The notes under the pieces were generated by a model. It made no database searches. It was not told where the DNA came from and worked only from the letters and a program-made list of their open reading frames with translations. 64,000 nt of DNA, from assembly GCF_003704095.1 (NCBI RefSeq), contig NW_020845854.1, positions 186,001 to 250,000 on the forward strand, written 5' to 3'. The position numbers and the translations under genes were made by a program. Below are positions 58,601-64,000 of the stretch, in pieces. The DNA comes from Pocillopora damicornis (Eukaryota). Position 1 is the stretch's first letter, and each line of letters opens with the position of its first letter.

Positions 58601-61600
58601 AAAGAATGAAGAGAAATTTAACAGTTTAGGCGAGTCCCTCTTTTGAAAATCATTATTTCCAAAGTCACAATGCTCTAGGAATTTTTATGAAAACCTGTTG
58701 AAGAAAATACTCCAGTGGAGATCTTCCTGGGAGTAACAATTCATTTTTGATGGAGTGAGTAGCTTCCGAAATTCGCTTCTCTATTTTTGCTCGGCTAAGT
58801 GTTCTTCTATTCCGAAAATTTCGACTCTTTGTAGTATCAGAAATAGGATACTTAGTACTGATGTAAGCTCATGTTGATGTACCGATTGTGTACTATCGGC
58901 CCAGAAATCGAGCATCACGTTTTGTTTGCTCTGATGAATAAGTTTGTTTATCTTTTTTGTTTGAAAGAGCTTTATAGCCAGGCAGTTTACGTTTGATCAA
59001 GGTGTGTCCATAAGATAAAACAACAATTGATTGTTGTTTTAGTCATTCTGAGACTTTGTTGTGTGCTCGTGAGGATCTGAGAAATCAAATGCTGGAAGAG
59101 GAAAGCGTCAGTGTGGGTTCCTTACCTATTCCCCACAACAGCTTTTTAACCTGTTGATATTGTTTCTCAGTAATTAGATTCTAAGTCAATAAATATTAGT
59201 CTAGACTGTTCAAAAACGAACAGCCGTGTCACAAATAGCCAAGGCAACGATAACAGTGCGACAGGAACTTCAATGAGAAGAAAACTGGAGGGGGATTGGT
59301 TGCTGCTCTTCCCAATCCCCCTCCTACTTTTTCCCTTTACATTATAAATGAACACCTGTAACGCAAAGTGTAACGCGATGATATTGGCCGACCAACCACT
59401 GTTAATGTGTTTTTCAGGCCTTGAGCGGGCCGCCTAACACGCAAGATCACTGAGATGAGTTAATAATTTTCATTTCCAAACAATCTCACTAAACGGATTC
59501 AATCAATTTTAGTTTTATTGCTAATCGACATTTGACTTTCAGATCACAAAGAAATACAGCTTTTGCTGAATACAAGAAACAATAAATGCCAACTTATTTT
59601 TTCTCAATGGCTGTCATTGGATATGAATAATAAGTCAATTTTTTTTTTGTTCCTGTTGCACTTAAATTTTTTATTCGCATTGAAAAGAATCAACTCTCTG
59701 CATATTTTGTTCTCCTTTCCTTTGCTTATTCTTTACTTTCTTTCCACGCTTGAATAAAAAAATGAATTTTCCATTTAGAATATTCTAAGGAATAACATTA
59801 ACGAAAATGTTATTAATAACAGCTCTGACATGAATACAACATGAGTAACGATGGAAAATTTAGATCATATGGGCTGCTTAGGTAACTAGTAGTGCATTGT
59901 TGACGAGGATCTTTCGCAAAAACTTTGCCAACCTACTTATTTGGACTCCCCAGAGTCAGCATCATTAAAATTGTCACGTTTTTGAATGATCTCTAATCAA
60001 CTGCATAAATTAAAAGAAGGCGTTCACTCTTGTTTACGCTGTTTAAGCGACGCTTACGGTATCCTAGCTCCTATGATCATCCAGCTCTGGAAGCTTAAAA
60101 TCTTCGCCTCTTCTTCGCCCGGAAAATCGCTCTAGGTCAAGAGAAATTGAACTTATCTTTGGGTAAGAGTTACCTGAAATGTTGTACATCGAATTATTTT
60201 ATGTTTAGATGTAATATAACAAAACTTTTGAATGCATTCGCCTCGTTATTAAACGTCGCTAAATATATCAACCAACTTTGCGTTGGTTGTTAACGTTTTA
60301 AATTCAGGCACAGTTTCCACCGTTTTAATGAATTCTGTAGGTTGTGAACTGATTAGCCTTCAGCGAAATCAGTGCAATGTTCCAGCAGTCGGCGGTTAAA
60401 GCCAAAGAAGAGAAAAAAGCAAAAACAAACATAAAAAACTGCTGCGGCCATTGTCACTCATAACTAGGAGAACTGAGCTATTGAAAGTACTCCAAGAAGT
60501 CAGTCAAAATTTTACAGGTGCGCAAAACACCAAAATTTTAAGACGTTCTTCCAACGAAGCACTTTCCTTAAAGCGGGATTGTTTATTGATTCTATGGAAC
60601 ACAGCAACTGAAACAGATGTTGAGCGAAAAATTTAAACCGTTTTTTCAATTTTGCATATGCAAATAATAGCAAATTGTTCGCGCATACTAATCATTACTG
60701 TTCTGAGACCCAAACAACATTTGCTCATTTTGTTGTCGTGAAACGCGCAAAAAATAGATGTGATTTGTTATCTTTCAAAAATACATCCACAGTTGTGTCG
60801 ATTGTGGGACTGCTATGATTGATAGTTATATAGTCCACCAAGAGTCAGTCAAACAAAAGAACTCCCAACGCGGATATCACAGGGAACTCATTTTAGAAGA
60901 CTTTAATCGAAACAAAGGCTTTCGTACTACAGTATATATCGATAGAGCTTTGAAGAACGTTTAACAGAGCAGGACTAATACAAAATATTTAGGAAAATCT
61001 CGGTCACGTTTCTTTTTGACAAAGTGATATTCATAAGCACAGCATCTTTAGTTCGAAATTTTAATCAGTCAAATGTCAATCATCACATTTTCTCCTCTTA
61101 AACAAGATTCAATTTCTACTGAAAAACTTATTCGAGGCAAACGGCAGAAACTGAGCAAAAGAAATCTCTTATACGAAATTAAGATAGAGTGCGTGACTTG
61201 GATGAAATAAAGCATAAAAGTTTCGATGAAACAGTAAAAATTAATTATACTTGATTTGAAATTAATGGTTGCCTCATATTGCTATACCGTATGAAATGAT
61301 AATGCTTCTGTTTTAGAGGTGAAGCGAAGGATTTTAAAAGCAATAAAGATTACAGGCCTTAAATTAATAGTCCAATACAAATTACTGCGAAAGATAGAAA
61401 ACAAAATCAGGTTTCTCGCAGATTCATTTGAATTGGTAATTTCGTTACTCGATGAGAATTCATGACTGAGAAGTGTCAAAGGGTTTCTTAGCTGAAAAAA
61501 AAAATGGAACTCTTTTAAGAGGCAGATAAACCTGGCCTGCCATTTAGAAAAATTCGGATTCGTTAAAGCGACTTTATTTCTGTTGGACTATGTATCAAAA

Positions 61601-62513
61601 TTACATCTATATAGAAAGCCTAATTCACTTACTAGGAATTCAATGAATAAAGGGGTTAGTTTCTAAAGAAACTGTGGTGCTGCCCGGTAGGGGAGTGTTA
61701 CAACTCAGTTGATAAAACCAAATTATTTAGATATTAATATATGTCCATCAAGCAGGATTACATGGTATAGGAGATTATCAGTTTTAAATCTCTTGCATGG
61801 TATTAATATTGCTCTTGAACACCACTTGACGCTCTATTTTAACTCACACATCACGCGAGATATTGTCACTTAATAATTGGCTGAAAAAAAAAACAGGTCA
61901 ATTATAGGCAAGGCCTATCTATGATCTTAGCTACAAACCTTCTTCATTCAACGAGTGAATGCTCATTAAGTCACTTCATGAACATTTACTCGAAACGGTT
62001 TCGATAGCGAACTTGCTTGAGAACGAGATCATTGGTCATCAAATATAACAATAAATGAACAACCAGAAAAAGTTTGAGAAACCAGAAACAAAGATGCTGT
62101 CAAGTTTTGAATGGATGGAAAAAAATTAATGATTAATAATTAATTTTTTTTGTTTATTAAAAGCTGACGGCTTTCTGTCATAAGAGGACAAGGGGGGCGG
62201 GGTTATTATAACATTCAAGTTTATTAACTAAATGCGATCCCCGCTGGGCAAAGCAGAAAAATTATTGTAAAATACCGAAATTGGTATTTATTTGAACCTC
62301 GCTTCTTGTGCTGAGTGTCTACCTGCCGTTGACCATAATACTAATGCGGAAGACGTTTCTAAGTGTCTAAAGATCTGGCGATGTTAACTGTCAGTTACTT
62401 TGTCAGCTTTAAACCAACAGCGATGGGGCAAATAAGAATGCTTTGAGTGATATTTAAGGTGAACGATAAGCTGACCAGGTGCTCGTTAATTTCCAGTGCT
62501 TCCAAATGGGAGC

Positions 62514-62565
62514 AATCAATAAATATTTCAATCAATCAATTAATCAATCGATTGATCAATCAATC
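62514..62565. repeat. Imperfect (TCAA)n microsatellite
   Basis: aatcaat…tcaatcaatcaat…aatcaatcgattgatcaatcaatca. Confidence 0.7.
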
Positions 62566-62760
62566 ATTTTAATAGTGTCATGAGGTGGGATGAGGTTGCT
62601 CAACGCAACAACGCATGACAAGTCATTAGTTTAATCTGCCAGAAAGAAGAGGAGCTGCTATTAGGGTGGGGCTGCTATTAGGGTGTTTATGGAAAAGAAA
62701 GTCCAACAGAAAACACCTCTTATCTTTCAATTTTTACATTTTCAGAAGCATAGATAAACG

Positions 62761-63597
62761 ATGGCAGATCCTGAGAACCCAGATACCACAGCTAAATCTG
62801 ACGAGGCCCCCGCGGAGAGATCCGGAAGCGGAGGAGCTGGATCTGGGGATATCGGGCTAACTATGTCGTATATCATGTCGATTCCCGGAATACTTAAGAT
62901 CGTTGAATTTGTAAGTGTTTCTGTCAAGTGTGTTTAGAGAATGAATGTGGAGAATTTGTTGCCTTTTTAGTTGGTGATCACTTCCTTTACTCTCGTGACC
63001 TTAATGTGTGATTCAGGGGTGTTATTGATAGGAGAAATTAGATACCAGTCACTGTTGGGGGTCAAAGGGTTTAGCGCAACCGTTGCGAAATTCTGGTATA
63101 TCAGTAGCAATGCCCTAATCACTTTGAGCTAGGGACACCGGGAAATCTTTTGATCAGATCAGCCATTGCTGTTCAAAGGGAGGATAACCCTGTTCAGCCA
63201 ATAAATCACCATCTGATGGATAAGTGTTGATAAAAAGGACTGCGCTGGATAGAGATCTAACCAGTGGATAGCGTTATCCACCCTTAAAACAACTGGGGTG
63301 TTCCCTATACACCATTATATTCCTCCTTAGTTTGTTGGGTGTTACGACTCTTAAGCTTGATGAAATCTATGCCTGCATATTTCAATAAGCTAAGTTTTAC
63401 TTTTACTTAAATCTGTATAGTTCACGCTGTTGTTGGCATTCGCCATAGCTGCTGATGTGTATTACGGACGCTCGGGAAGGATGGATTTCTTCCTCTTTGT
63501 TACTGTGACGTCATGGCTTCTTGTGATCGCCGTATTTCTCTTGTTTGCATTCAATATCATAGCAAAAATCAACCTCAGTATTGACTGGAATATCCCG
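62761..63597 (+). CDS. MARVEL-domain protein C (plasmolipin/CMTM-like), 5' portion; continues beyond the window
   Basis: Exons 62761-62910 and 63421-63597, phase 0. MADPENPDTT…YIMSIPGILKIVEF|FTLLLAFAIAADVYYGRSGRMDFFLFVTVTSWLLVIAVFLLFAFNII…IDWNIP|. Same intron positions as A and B. Confidence 0.85.
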
Positions 63598-64000
63598 GTG
63601 AGTTGAAAAGTCACAAATACAAAGCTCAGTGACAAGGTATAACTATTTGTTCCAAGAAAATAAATAAGCGAAAAAAAAATTCGATGAATAATTTGAAGAC
63701 ATAGAACAATCACACTTGTAGAATCAATACGACCACTACATCCAGGAACCGAGTGACTTATCTTTCTTATTTAATACGAGTGGTCAATATCTCACTCGTT
63801 TTCATGAAGTACTGTTCTCGCCACTCGACACCTAACATGCATTTGTTTTTTTCTCAGAGGTCACGGTAACGAATCCTGCAAGCTGATAGGTCCTTAGCGC
63901 GGTCCGTATTTTCCTATTTCTCCACCGTGTGATATCTTCTATATATGTCGCGTACAAATATCTATTAATTTTTTTTGAAACAGAAGTCTGTCTTTAGACT

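Overview
Eukaryotic (animal) genomic window with five N-gaps. The repeat content and gene style suggest an anthozoan, probably a stony coral (inference). I assembled exon chains by hand from splice signals and frame continuity. In order they are: the 3' part of VAC14 (+); NDUFS6 (-) and RP9/PAP-1 (+), head-to-head with only 88 bp between start codons; a divergent four-EF-hand calmodulin-like gene (-); a complete 28-coding-exon TRAPPC8 (+); and a tandem array of three diverged MARVEL-domain (CMTM/plasmolipin-like) genes (+), with an intronless NRY-motif class A GPCR between the first two. Three minor-spliceosome (U12) introns are indicated: one AT-AC and one probable in VAC14, and one GT-AG in TRAPPC8. 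Introns and intergenic DNA carry many MITEs (piggyBac-type TTAA family, a Merlin-type copy with an 8-bp TSD), tRNA-derived SINE-like repeats, a truncated LINE 3' end, and an unclassified 1.56-kb structure bounded by 154-bp direct repeats. I do not see a clearly new multi-gene biological system. The best leads are the MARVEL/GPCR cluster, the direct-repeat element, a candidate spliced antisense unit inside the calmodulin-like gene, and a TRAPPC8 uORF.
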